A stretch of 42,333 bases of DNA, from the IMG/VR virus record IMGVR_UViG_3300045988_165172; one strand, given 5' to 3'. The notes beneath the pieces were generated by a model. It searched no databases. It was not told the DNA's origin and was given only the letters and a program-made list of their open reading frames with translations. This document shows, in pieces, positions 16,908 through 25,904 of this stretch (within the stretch, counting starts at the first letter, position 1; each line of letters begins with the position of its first letter). This DNA is from a virus. Position numbers and translations under genes: made by a program.

Positions 16908-17292
16908 ATTCAGAGGATATGACAAATTCGATAAAAGATGGGTTTATGGTTATGGATTACATCAATCAATTTTTATAGATGGTTCATCTAATGCATACGT
17001 AACAGCTGGTATTAGAGAAGTATTTATTGTAGATAAGGAAAGTGCTGGACAATATACAGGTTGTAAAGATGCTAACGGCAAAGAAATATATGAGGGAGAT
17101 ATAGTGGAAAAAGACTTTATGGAACCATGGCTTGACGATTCAAAACTTATAGGTGTTGTAGAAATGATAGAGGGTTGCTGGTGTGTTGTTAATGATAAAA
17201 AGAAGGTAGCTAAAAATCTATGGAGTGAAACAGATGTTAATCGTGTTATAGGAAATGTGTACGAGAATAAAAACTTATTGGAGGAAGAATAA
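16894..17292 (+). CDS. YopX-family protein
   Basis: IKFRGYD...WVYG...GQYTGCKDANGKEIYEGDIV...IGNVYEN is the YopX signature. Confidence 0.8.
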   Translation: MREIKFRGYDKFDKRWVYGYGLHQSIFIDGSSNAYVTAGIREVFIVDKESAGQYTGCKDANGKEIYEGDIVEKDFMEPWLDDSKLIGVVEMIEGCWCVVNDKKKVAKNLWSETDVNRVIGNVYENKNLLEEE

Positions 17293-17438
17293 TGGAAGAA
17301 ATAAAACAAGCACTTAAAACTTTAAAAGAAGAATGTAAAAGATGCAGTTCAGTACAATGCGAAAGTAATTGCTTTATATACAAAGTATTAGGAGAATGTA
17401 TAGCAGTTAACTCAGTACCAGAAACATGGGAAGTATAA
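17292..17438 (+). CDS. Hypothetical Cys-rich protein (48 aa), not in the ORF track
   Basis: TAATG overlap with the yopX-like stop. The frame was read by hand. Confidence 0.45.
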   Translation: MEEIKQALKTLKEECKRCSSVQCESNCFIYKVLGECIAVNSVPETWEV

Positions 17439-17461
17439 ATAATTTATTAAGGAGATTGAAT

Positions 17462-17857
17462 ATGACTAAAGAAGAATTAATGCAATATGGGAGTATAGAA
17501 TTAGAAGTAAAACAAATAAAAGAAAGAATAGAATACCTAGAAGAAAAGAAAACAAGTATAAAAAGCCAAGTTATAACAGATATGCCTGTAGGTGGAGGAG
17601 AAGGGACAGATATATTGACATTAATAACAAAAATCGAAGATAGTCAGATTGAATTGATACAAAAGCAAAGTAAATTAGTAGATATAATGGAAAGTATAGA
17701 ACATACAATAGACGGATTAGAAGATAGTACAGAAAGATTAATATTGAGATCTAGATATTTGCAATGTAAGAAATGGGAAGAAATATGCGTAGAACTTAAT
17801 TACAGCTGGAGACAAATACATAGATTGCACTCAAATATACTTAAGAAAATAGCTTAG
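17462..17857 (+). CDS. Sigma-70 region-4-like regulator (DUF1492/DUF722-type phage transcription factor)
   Basis: C-terminal ERLILRSRYLQCKKWEEICVELNYSWRQIHRLHSNILKKI. ATG at 17462 has RBS AAGGAG. Confidence 0.6.
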   Translation: MTKEELMQYGSIELEVKQIKERIEYLEEKKTSIKSQVITDMPVGGGEGTDILTLITKIEDSQIELIQKQSKLVDIMESIEHTIDGLEDSTERLILRSRYLQCKKWEEICVELNYSWRQIHRLHSNILKKIA

Positions 17858-17866
17858 GAGGGAGAT

Positions 17867-17941
17867 ATGGAAGCAATAATATCAGATGTAATATTTCTGT
17901 TAGTAATAGTAATTTGGATAGCAAGTAGATTATTTGTATAA
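17867..17941 (+). CDS. Small hydrophobic peptide (24 aa)
   Basis: RBS GGAGGGAG upstream. Sequence MEAIISDVIFLLVIVIWIASRLFV. Confidence 0.35.
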   Translation: MEAIISDVIFLLVIVIWIASRLFV

Positions 17942-17951
17942 GGGGGATAAT

Positions 17952-18626
17952 ATGTTTACAATAAATGATTTTAAAGTAAAGTTAATAAATGGTGAAGAAG
18001 TAAAAAACTTTGTAAAAAGACATGGAGAATTTGCAACAGTTTGCTATAATACTCCAAAAGAAAAAGCAGAAGTAGTTGGAAAACATTGCTTACAAAGTGG
18101 ACATTTTAGTGGGTCAAGACATTTATTCTTTGTGTTTGAACTAAAATGTGTACCACGTTCAGCAGTTGACCAAGCAGTTAGACATAATATAGGATTTGTT
18201 ACAAATGTTCAATCTCTTAGATATTGTAACAAAGACGGAAAAGTAAGTTTATATGCAGCACCGGAAATAGCAAAAGATATATATTTATCAAATTCGTTGC
18301 GTAATTACGAATCACAAGTACAAGCTAATTATGATTATTTTCAAAATAATATGAAAGCTGAAGGCTGTACTAATGAACAGGCTAACGAAATAGCAAGAAC
18401 AGTATTACCGATAGGAATAGCTACAGAATGTAACATAGCAGTAAACATAGAATGTTTAATACATTTAGCTAATGTGCGTTTATGCACTAGAGCAGAACTT
18501 CCGATAAGAACAATAGTAAAAGAAATGGTAAGACAAGTTGTAGAAGTAGAACCACGTTACAAACCTTATTTAGTGTCACAATGTAAGAAACTTGGATATT
18601 GCCCAGAAGGTAAGGATTGCAAATAA
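17952..18626 (+). CDS. thyX: ThyX-like protein (flavin-dependent thymidylate synthase fold) with non-canonical signature motif
   Basis: SGHFSGSRHLFFVFEL...AVRHNIGFVTNVQSLRY and RTVLPIG...NIECLIHLANVRLCTRAE match the ThyX architecture. The RHR...S...SxRY motif reads RHN..F....SLRY here. Confidence 0.65.
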   Translation: MFTINDFKVKLINGEEVKNFVKRHGEFATVCYNTPKEKAEVVGKHCLQSGHFSGSRHLFFVFELKCVPRSAVDQAVRHNIGFVTNVQSLRYCNKDGKVSLYAAPEIAKDIYLSNSLRNYESQVQANYDYFQNNMKAEGCTNEQANEIARTVLPIGIATECNIAVNIECLIHLANVRLCTRAELPIRTIVKEMVRQVVEVEPRYKPYLVSQCKKLGYCPEGKDCK

Positions 18627-18646
18627 TATAATATAGGGGGACTGAA

Positions 18647-19117
18647 ATGGAGAAACAAGTAAAAGAACTAGCGAAAGAAGTAATATTTGAAATAAAAAAT
18701 CAACAAAAAGATAGACGATTACATAATACAAAATTATTAATGAAAAATTACGATAAGCTTAAAAATCATATTGAAAAAATTAATAGTGACGGGTTTATGG
18801 GCTATTTTGGGGAAGATCTACAGGAAGCACTAGAAGAAAATGATGTATTTCTTAATAGCGTCCTTAGAACAAAAGCAAGAACAGCGCAAATGGTTTCTTG
18901 TATAGATATATCATTAGAAATATTAGCAGATGAATACGAAGAAAATGGAACATATTATATCTATGATGCCTTTCATATGTATTATATAGAAAAACTTACA
19001 TACGAAGAAATAGCAGAGAAACTTAATGCTGGTAAAAATACACCTGCTAGATGGGTAAAAGAAGTCTTGAATAAATTAAATATCTTATTATGGGGAGTTG
19101 ATGCACTAGGGATTTAA
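18647..19117 (+). CDS. ArpU/RinA-like late transcription regulator
   Basis: Sigma region-4-like C-terminus (LTYEEIAEKLNAGKNTPARWVKEVLNKL). It is the last gene before the packaging module. Confidence 0.65.
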   Translation: MEKQVKELAKEVIFEIKNQQKDRRLHNTKLLMKNYDKLKNHIEKINSDGFMGYFGEDLQEALEENDVFLNSVLRTKARTAQMVSCIDISLEILADEYEENGTYYIYDAFHMYYIEKLTYEEIAEKLNAGKNTPARWVKEVLNKLNILLWGVDALGI

Positions 19118-19150
19118 TAGGGATTTAATGGGGTTTTAATAGGGAGTTAT
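19107..19150 (+). repeat. Four tandem 11-bp repeats (TAGGGATTTAA x2, TGGGGTTTTAA, TAGGGAGTTAT)
   Basis: Read directly from the sequence. The array starts in the last codons of the ArpU-like gene and ends 6 nt before a TATAAT at 19157..19162. Confidence 0.8.
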
Positions 19151-19400
19151 CAAAGATATAATGTTATTATAGAGAAATTGTAAAAACGCAATTCCTTTAT
19201 TTCTTTAAAGTATTTCCCTAGAAGCCTGGTAAACTTCTAGATTTTGAATTGGTTTGAAACTAGTAACAACGAAAAGTACATTCCTCCGGGCATGAGGGAA
19301 GCCTGCTAATAATTCCCTCTTAAAAAAGATATTAATTATGCAACCGCATAACTAATTTATAAATTTTCATATTTAAAATCTTCCCTTAAGTTATTGTAGA

Positions 19401-19425
19401 GAGAACCCTTCGGGGTTCTTTTTGT
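19401..19425 (+). terminator. Rho-independent terminator inside the leader upstream of terS
   Basis: GAGAACCC-TTCG-GGGTTCTT, followed by TTTGTTG. Confidence 0.75.
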
Positions 19426-19456
19426 TGTGTAAAAATATAGAAAGGAGTGGTATTAA

Positions 19457-19900
19457 GTGAAACTAACTGAAAAGCAGAAAGCATTTTGTGACTATTATAT
19501 AGAATCACTTAATGCTACTGAAAGTTATAAAAAAGCTTATAATTGCACTAATGAAACAACAGCAAGGACTAATGGAGCTAAAAACCTTCAAAAACCTTCA
19601 ATAAAAAAATACATAGATGAACAATTGCAACAAATACAATCAAACAGAATTGCTGATGCAACGGAAGTACTTGAATATCTTACAAAAGGCATGAGACAAG
19701 AACTAGAAGAAGAAGTAGTAGTTATGGTAAATAAAGGTGACTTTATAAGTGAACCTCAAATAATTAAGAAAAAGATATCTATAAAAGAGTCTAATAAATG
19801 TGCTGAGCTTCTAGGCAAAAGATACGGCTTATACACTGAAAAGATAGAAGCTGATGTTAATCAAGTTATATTTGTTGGAGAGGATAACCTTGAAGATTGA
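19457..19900 (+). CDS. terS: Terminase small subunit (Terminase_2-like)
   Basis: GTG start with RBS AAAGGAG. LTEKQKAFCDYYIESLNATESYKKAY...AKNLQKPSIKKYI. Confidence 0.85.
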   Translation: MKLTEKQKAFCDYYIESLNATESYKKAYNCTNETTARTNGAKNLQKPSIKKYIDEQLQQIQSNRIADATEVLEYLTKGMRQELEEEVVVMVNKGDFISEPQIIKKKISIKESNKCAELLGKRYGLYTEKIEADVNQVIFVGEDNLED

Positions 19901-21140
19901 TATTTCTAAGAAAATAGGTAAAGGATATAAAACATTTTGGAATTTTAAAGGTAGATACAGAGTTGTAAAAGGTGGTAGAGCTAGTAAAAAATCTACTACA
20001 AATGCACAATGGATAATATACAAAATGATGCAATATCCATTAGCTAACACTTTGGTAATAAGAAGAGTATTTAATACTCATAAGGATTCAACTTGGACCC
20101 AATTAAAGTGGGCAACTAATAATTTAAATGTTGCGCACCTTTGGCACTTTAGTAAATCACCATTAGAAGCTACTTATTTACCTACAGGACAGAAAATTTT
20201 ATTTAGAGGATTAGATGATCCAATGTCTATAACATCTATAACAGTGGAAATAGGTTATTTATGTTGGTGTTGGTTTGAGGAAGCATTTCAGATAATGGAC
20301 GAGGATTCTTTTAATAAAGTTGATATGTCTATAAGAGGGGAATTACCTTCAGGATATTTTAAACAAATAACTTTAACCTTTAACCCGTGGAGTGAAAAGC
20401 ACTGGTTGAAGAAAAGATTCTTTGATGTAAAAGATGATGATATATTAGCTTTAACAACAAATTATAAATGTAATGAGTTTCTAGGTGAAGATGACAGAAG
20501 AATATTTGCAAAAATGAAAAAGAATAATCCTAGACGATATGGAATAGAAGGCCTAGGAGACTGGGGAATAGCCGAAGGACTTGTATATGAAAACTTTGAA
20601 GAATTAGAGTTTGATTATAAAGAAATAAGCAAGCAAGAAGGTGTTAATGCATATTTTGGACTTGACTTTGGTTATACAAACGACCCAACAGCTTTTATAT
20701 GTATCCTAGTTAACCAAGAACAGAACTTATTATATATATTTGACGAACATTACCAAAAGGCTATGAGCAATTCAGATATAGCTTCTATGATTAAATATAA
20801 AGGATATGCAAAGGAAACTATTATAGCTGATAGTGCAGAGCCTAAGAGTATTGATGATATAAAGAAAAAAGGTATAAGAAGGATAAAAGCAGCATTAAAG
20901 GGAAAAGATTCTATTTTAAATGGTATAGCGAATATACAAGATTATAAGATATATGTACATCCTAGATGTGAAAATACTTTAATAGAATTAAGCAATTATG
21001 TTTGGGATAATAAAGATGGAGTTGTATTAAATAAACCAATAGATGACTATAATCACTTAATGGATGCACTAAGGTATGCTATGGAAAGTACAAAGATGAA
21101 AAATAGAATTAAATCAGAAAAACTTGATTTAGGAATATAG
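19890..21140 (+). CDS. terL: Terminase large subunit (PBSX-type)
   Basis: Walker A-like VKGGRASKKS and a C-terminal nuclease region. The TTG at 19890 has RBS GGAGAGG; the ORF-track ATG at 19854 is an alternative start. Confidence 0.85.
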   Translation: MKIDISKKIGKGYKTFWNFKGRYRVVKGGRASKKSTTNAQWIIYKMMQYPLANTLVIRRVFNTHKDSTWTQLKWATNNLNVAHLWHFSKSPLEATYLPTGQKILFRGLDDPMSITSITVEIGYLCWCWFEEAFQIMDEDSFNKVDMSIRGELPSGYFKQITLTFNPWSEKHWLKKRFFDVKDDDILALTTNYKCNEFLGEDDRRIFAKMKKNNPRRYGIEGLGDWGIAEGLVYENFEELEFDYKEISKQEGVNAYFGLDFGYTNDPTAFICILVNQEQNLLYIFDEHYQKAMSNSDIASMIKYKGYAKETIIADSAEPKSIDDIKKKGIRRIKAALKGKDSILNGIANIQDYKIYVHPRCENTLIELSNYVWDNKDGVVLNKPIDDYNHLMDALRYAMESTKMKNRIKSEKLDLGI

Positions 21141-21151
21141 GAGGTGAGAAA

Positions 21152-22588
21152 TTGATATTAATACCAGGATTCGAAGAAGTAAAAAGACCTATATTTATTA
21201 CAGATAAAGAAAGACTGGAGCTTGATAATGTACAGAATATATTAAATGAACATCAGTGGTTTAAATCTGAAAAATATTATAGGAATTTAAAATATTATGA
21301 AGGTTATCACGAAATATTAAATAGGACAATGGATGACCCTAAAAAACCTAATAATAAAATAGTTGTAAACCTTCCTAGCTTCACAACAGATATAAGAACT
21401 GGTTATTTTAGCGGAGAACCTCTTACTTTTTCTAGTGAAGATGACAATATAACAGAAAAAATAAATAATATACTTGATTATAATGATTTTCAAGATATAA
21501 ACACAGAGCTTGACCGATTAACTAGTATATACGGCCATGCTTTTTTAATTTTATACATAGATAAAGATGCAAATATAAGACTTACAACAGAAACTCCTGA
21601 TAACATGGTTATTGTTTATGACAATAGCTTAGAAAAAAATATTGTAGGAGCTGTAAGGTATTACTATTATACAGATGCATCCGACAATGAGCAAAAGGTT
21701 TATATGACAGTCTATAACAAAGATATGATTGAATATTATAACGGCAAAGTAGGAGCTCCAGAGCTAGTTGATATAGAAGAAAATTATTTTAAAGACATTC
21801 CTGTTGTTGAATTTATGGAGAATGAAAACCGAAAAGGCTGTTATGAAGATGCAATAAGTATAGTAGATGCAATAGAATCTGTTATATCTTCAAGTGTTAA
21901 TGAGATAGAGTATTTTGATAATGCTTACTTACTGTTAAAAAATTTAGCTGGAACAGAAAAAGAAGATATCGATAAGATGAAAGAAAATCGAGTTATGCTA
22001 GTTGAAGATGATGGCGATGCTGAATTTATTACAAAAACAGTAAATGATGATTATACTCAAAACTTGCTTAATAGATTAGTTAATGACTATCACAAAGTCA
22101 CTAAAACACCTAACCTAACAGATGAAAAGTTCGCTGGAAATGTATCTGGTGTATCACTTAAATTTAAGTTATTCGCACTTGAAAAAGATATGGCCAAGAA
22201 AGAGAGTAAATGGAAAAAGTCAATTCAATCAATGCTGGAGCTTATATGCACTGTTTTAAATATAAAAGGAACAAGCATTGATTACAGAACTATCAAGATA
22301 ACATTTACTAGAGCATTACCAACTAATACATTAGAACAGGCTCAAATGGTTTCTCAGTTATCTGGAATAGTTTCAAGAGAAACATTATTAGCTCAGTTAG
22401 ATTTTATAGAAAATCCTAAGCAAGAAATAAAATTGATAGATAAAGAACAAGAGGAACAAATGAAAAAGTTTGATATGTATGCTGATAGTGATGTAGTTAG
22501 TGATCCAAAGGAGGATGATAAAAATGCTAATAACGATAATGGCATGGATAATGTTAACGATAATGGCATGGATAATGTTAGCATATAG
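21152..22588 (+). CDS. Portal protein (SPP1 gp6-like)
   Basis: Size, position after terL, and SPP1-type portal pattern. TTG start with RBS AGGAGGTG. The C-terminus carries a duplicated NDNGMDNV. Confidence 0.85.
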   Translation: MILIPGFEEVKRPIFITDKERLELDNVQNILNEHQWFKSEKYYRNLKYYEGYHEILNRTMDDPKKPNNKIVVNLPSFTTDIRTGYFSGEPLTFSSEDDNITEKINNILDYNDFQDINTELDRLTSIYGHAFLILYIDKDANIRLTTETPDNMVIVYDNSLEKNIVGAVRYYYYTDASDNEQKVYMTVYNKDMIEYYNGKVGAPELVDIEENYFKDIPVVEFMENENRKGCYEDAISIVDAIESVISSSVNEIEYFDNAYLLLKNLAGTEKEDIDKMKENRVMLVEDDGDAEFITKTVNDDYTQNLLNRLVNDYHKVTKTPNLTDEKFAGNVSGVSLKFKLFALEKDMAKKESKWKKSIQSMLELICTVLNIKGTSIDYRTIKITFTRALPTNTLEQAQMVSQLSGIVSRETLLAQLDFIENPKQEIKLIDKEQEEQMKKFDMYADSDVVSDPKEDDKNANNDNGMDNVNDNGMDNVSI

Positions 22589-22721
22589 CTTGATAGGATT
22601 AGTAGTAGAATTTCTTTTTATATTTGTTGGCAATACAACTAAAGATAGAGTTAAAGGTTTTGTAGATGTTGTTTATTTTGCCTTTACTATATACTTCATT
22701 TTGAGGTTTATATATGGGTAG
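22524..22721 (+). CDS. Small membrane protein (65 aa) overlapping the portal 3' end in the +1 frame
   Basis: RBS AAGGAGG (22507..22513) upstream of the ATG at 22524. Two or three hydrophobic helices. The ORF fills the portal-gp7 gap and overlaps the gp7-like start. Confidence 0.5.
   Translation: MLITIMAWIMLTIMAWIMLAYSLIGLVVEFLFIFVGNTTKDRVKGFVDVVYFAFTIYFILRFIYG
22531..22578 (+). repeat. Perfect 2 x 24-nt tandem duplication
   Basis: TAACGATAATGGCATGGATAATGT occurs at 22531..22554 and 22555..22578. Confidence 0.9.
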
Positions 22722-23610
22722 GAAAGCAAAGTATTACTTAGGAATGAAAAATCGTGATTACTGGCATCAAAGAATGCTAGACAGAGATAAGAAAAGTAAG
22801 CTATCTGAGGATAAGGTAGTAAAGAAATTGGCTGATGCATATCACGATTCTTATATGAAAATATCAAAGGAGTTAGATAGTTTCTATAATAAATACGCAA
22901 TAGAAAATAATTTAACTTACGCAGAAGCAACTAAGCTATTAACTCCAGTAGAAATGCGAGAGTATGGTCGTAAAGTCCAAGAATTAAAACAACTATATCA
23001 AGCTACTAAAAGCGAAGAAGTATTAGCACAATGGAAAATAATGAGTGCTAGAGGCAAAGTAACAAGGTTACAAAGTTTACTTGATGGGATAGATATAGAG
23101 ATTATAAAAAATAGTCATAACGTACAAATGAATATGACAGAGCATCTAACAGGAATGTATAAAAGGTCCTATAAAGAAGCTTTAGCTGATGCTGGAGTAA
23201 CAAACAAAGTATTACCTAAAAGAGCTATAAAAGATGCAATAAGTTATCCTTGGAGTGGTAGACAGTTTTCAAGCCGTATATGGAGCAATAAGACAGCTAC
23301 AATGAACAACATAAGGGAAACACTAACGAAAGGATTAATACAAGGAAAATCAGTACAGAAAATGGGACAGGAGCTAAGAAAATTAGAAGGTGTTAGTAAG
23401 TATCAAGCTGAAAGACTTATTAGAACAGAAACAAATTTCTTTACAACTAAAGGACATATAGACGGATATAAAGCTAACGGTGTAAAAGCTCTAGAGATAT
23501 GCGTTTCATTTGATGAACGTACTTGTGCAGACTGTGAAAGTATGGATAGGGAGGTGATACCGATAAATGAAGTGAGTTACGGAAGTAATATCCCTCCATT
23601 TCATCGGTAA
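22714..23610 (+). CDS. Head morphogenesis / minor capsid protein (SPP1 gp7, Mu F-like), cut short by an in-frame TAA
   Basis: RLIRTETNFF...ICVSFDERTCADCE...NIPPFHR, then TAA. The same frame continues KHCFCRCTVIPVVDYKEGEY to 23673. Confidence 0.8.
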   Translation: MGRKAKYYLGMKNRDYWHQRMLDRDKKSKLSEDKVVKKLADAYHDSYMKISKELDSFYNKYAIENNLTYAEATKLLTPVEMREYGRKVQELKQLYQATKSEEVLAQWKIMSARGKVTRLQSLLDGIDIEIIKNSHNVQMNMTEHLTGMYKRSYKEALADAGVTNKVLPKRAIKDAISYPWSGRQFSSRIWSNKTATMNNIRETLTKGLIQGKSVQKMGQELRKLEGVSKYQAERLIRTETNFFTTKGHIDGYKANGVKALEICVSFDERTCADCESMDREVIPINEVSYGSNIPPFHR

Positions 23611-23672
23611 AAGCATTGTTTTTGTAGATGTACGGTTATTCCAGTTGTAGATTATAAGGAAGGAGAATATTA

Positions 23673-23936
23673 ATGAACGAACAAGAGTTTTTAGATTGGT
23701 GTAAGAATGAAGTTGTAAAATATACGAATAATCACTTAGATAAATCAGATAGCAAGCAAATAACGAAAGATGATGTGTTTATGGTTTGGTGTACTAAAGT
23801 TTTACAAAATAACAAAGCATTGTTAAGTACAACTTTATTTGACGGAATGTATTATGAATGTACATACAACGGAGATAAAAAAGAAATGTACATAGATGCT
23901 TACAAGAAATGGGAAAACTACAAAGTTATTAAATAG
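23673..23936 (+). CDS. Hypothetical protein conserved in Firmicute phage head modules
   Basis: ORF with RBS GGAAGGAG. No function recognised. Confidence 0.6.
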   Translation: MNEQEFLDWCKNEVVKYTNNHLDKSDSKQITKDDVFMVWCTKVLQNNKALLSTTLFDGMYYECTYNGDKKEMYIDAYKKWENYKVIK

Positions 23937-24016
23937 AATTAAAGTTAATAAACCTAAGAATATTAATATAAATTGAACGATATGGACATTGGACATATTG
24001 GGCAAGGAGGTAAAGA

Positions 24017-24646
24017 ATGAAAAAAGGTATAAAAATGAATTTACAGTTAATGGCTGATACAGGAGCTGGAGGTGGTTCACCAAGTCAAACAGATGGTGGA
24101 ACAAATAATACTGATGCTGGAACTGGGGCTAATGTAGAAGGAGCAGAAAATCAAACACCATCATTTGATGATATTTTAGGTGGCAATAAAGACTATCAAG
24201 CTGAATTTGACAGAAGAGTAAGCAAGGCTTTACAAACTGCACAAGCTAAATGGGAAGCAAATAAACAAACTGCTATAACAGAAGCTGTGACAGAAGCTGA
24301 AAAACTTGCGAAAATGAAGTCAGATGAAAAAGCTAAATATGAGCAAGATAAAAGAATAAAAGAATTAGACAAAAGAGAAAAAGACATAACAACTAGAGAA
24401 CTGAAAGCTCAAGCTTATGAAACATTAGCAGAAAAGAATTTACCAAAAGAGTTAATTGATACTCTTAACTTTTCAGATGCAGAAGCTTGTAATGCTTCTA
24501 TTGAAGCAGTTGAAAAAGCTTTCCAAAATGCTGTTAAAAAGGCAGTTGATGATAGATTAAAAGGAAGTAAACCAGTAAAACCAGCTGAACAAACTAATAG
24601 CGATGTATTTGGGTTTAACTTCACAGGTGTAAGACCTAGAAAATAA
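24017..24646 (+). CDS. Capsid scaffolding protein
   Basis: Gly-rich N-terminus, then a charged helical region (KAKYEQDKRIKELDKREKDITTRELKAQ). It lies directly upstream of the capsid gene. Confidence 0.7.
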   Translation: MKKGIKMNLQLMADTGAGGGSPSQTDGGTNNTDAGTGANVEGAENQTPSFDDILGGNKDYQAEFDRRVSKALQTAQAKWEANKQTAITEAVTEAEKLAKMKSDEKAKYEQDKRIKELDKREKDITTRELKAQAYETLAEKNLPKELIDTLNFSDAEACNASIEAVEKAFQNAVKKAVDDRLKGSKPVKPAEQTNSDVFGFNFTGVRPRK

Positions 24647-24663
24647 TAGAAAGGATGATGTAA

Positions 24664-25575
24664 ATGACAGTAAATTACGCAGAAGTTTATAGCAGGGAGC
24701 TAGCAAATGCTTATCCATATGTTTTATACTCAGGAGCATTATGGAGTAACGAAAATACAAAAAAATATAAAGTAGTAGATGCAAAGACTATAAAAATACC
24801 ACTTTTATCTACTGGAGGCAGAGTTAACGGAGATAGAACTAAAATTGGAGACTTCTCTCAAAACTTCTCAAATGAATGGGAGACTAAAACACTTACTAAT
24901 CATAGAATTTGGCAAACATTAGTGCATCCGCAAGATGTAAATCAAACTAATATGGTAGCATCTATAAGCAATATTACAAAAGTAATGAATGAAACTAAAA
25001 AGTTTCCTGAGTTAGATGCAATGATGTTCTCTACTATATATTCATTAAGAAATACACAAAAAGCAATAACTGCCGAAACTGCTGAATTAACATCAGCTAC
25101 AGTATTGACTAAATTCGATGCAATGATGGATGCTATGGATGAAGCATTAGTACCTGTTAGTGGTAGAGTTCTATATTGTGATACATATACAAAAACTTTA
25201 ATCGACAATGCTATAACTATAGTAAGAAATAATGGAGATAAAAAGTTAGCTAGAAATGTATCTAGATTAGAAGAGGTTGACATAGTTTCTGTGCCAACAT
25301 CATTATTTAAAACAGAATATACATTCAATGACGGGAAAACACTTAATCAAACTGATGGTGGATTTACAGCAAAAGCCGGAGCTAAAGATATGGCTATGAT
25401 ATTACTACATCCAAGTGCTATATTACCTATAGTTTCTTATTCGTTTGCGCAACTCCAACCACCAAGTGCATTGTCTCAAGGTAAATATGTATACTTCGAA
25501 GAATCTTTCGAAGATGTATTTATCCTAAATAAAAGAGCTGATGCAATACAAATATGCGTAAAAAAAACAACTTAG
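24664..25575 (+). CDS. Major capsid protein
   Basis: 303 aa. Position after the scaffold gene, a strong RBS, and no other capsid candidate. Confidence 0.75.
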   Translation: MTVNYAEVYSRELANAYPYVLYSGALWSNENTKKYKVVDAKTIKIPLLSTGGRVNGDRTKIGDFSQNFSNEWETKTLTNHRIWQTLVHPQDVNQTNMVASISNITKVMNETKKFPELDAMMFSTIYSLRNTQKAITAETAELTSATVLTKFDAMMDAMDEALVPVSGRVLYCDTYTKTLIDNAITIVRNNGDKKLARNVSRLEEVDIVSVPTSLFKTEYTFNDGKTLNQTDGGFTAKAGAKDMAMILLHPSAILPIVSYSFAQLQPPSALSQGKYVYFEESFEDVFILNKRADAIQICVKKTT

Positions 25576-25584
25576 GTGATATGA

Positions 25585-25902
25585 ATGGATATTTCTAAAA
25601 TAAAAATAAAATTAGGATTAGCCGATGATTCACAAGATGAATTATTGGCTATTTTATTGTTAGATGCTACTAATTATATGCAAGTATATCTAGAAACACC
25701 AACTATACCATGGGAACTCGAATTTATAGCCGAAGAAGTTACTATTAAAAGATATAGAAGAATTGGTGCAGAAGGAATATCTACAGAAAAAATAGATGTC
25801 CTTTCAACTACTTATAAGTCGGACGATTTCTATGAGTACAAGCCATTAATGAAACAATATAGAGCTAATAACACGAGAATAAAAAGGTTAAGGATGTTAT
25901 AA
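25585..25902 (+). CDS. Head-tail connector (gp6-like)
   Basis: LGLADDSQDELLAILLLDATNYMQVYL pattern and gene order. Confidence 0.6.
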   Translation: MDISKIKIKLGLADDSQDELLAILLLDATNYMQVYLETPTIPWELEFIAEEVTIKRYRRIGAEGISTEKIDVLSTTYKSDDFYEYKPLMKQYRANNTRIKRLRML

Positions 25903-25904
25903 GT

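Noticed and set aside
19107-19150. The tandem 11-bp repeats as a CRISPR array.
   Set aside because: The repeats are contiguous with no spacers, far shorter than CRISPR repeats, and no cas genes are present.
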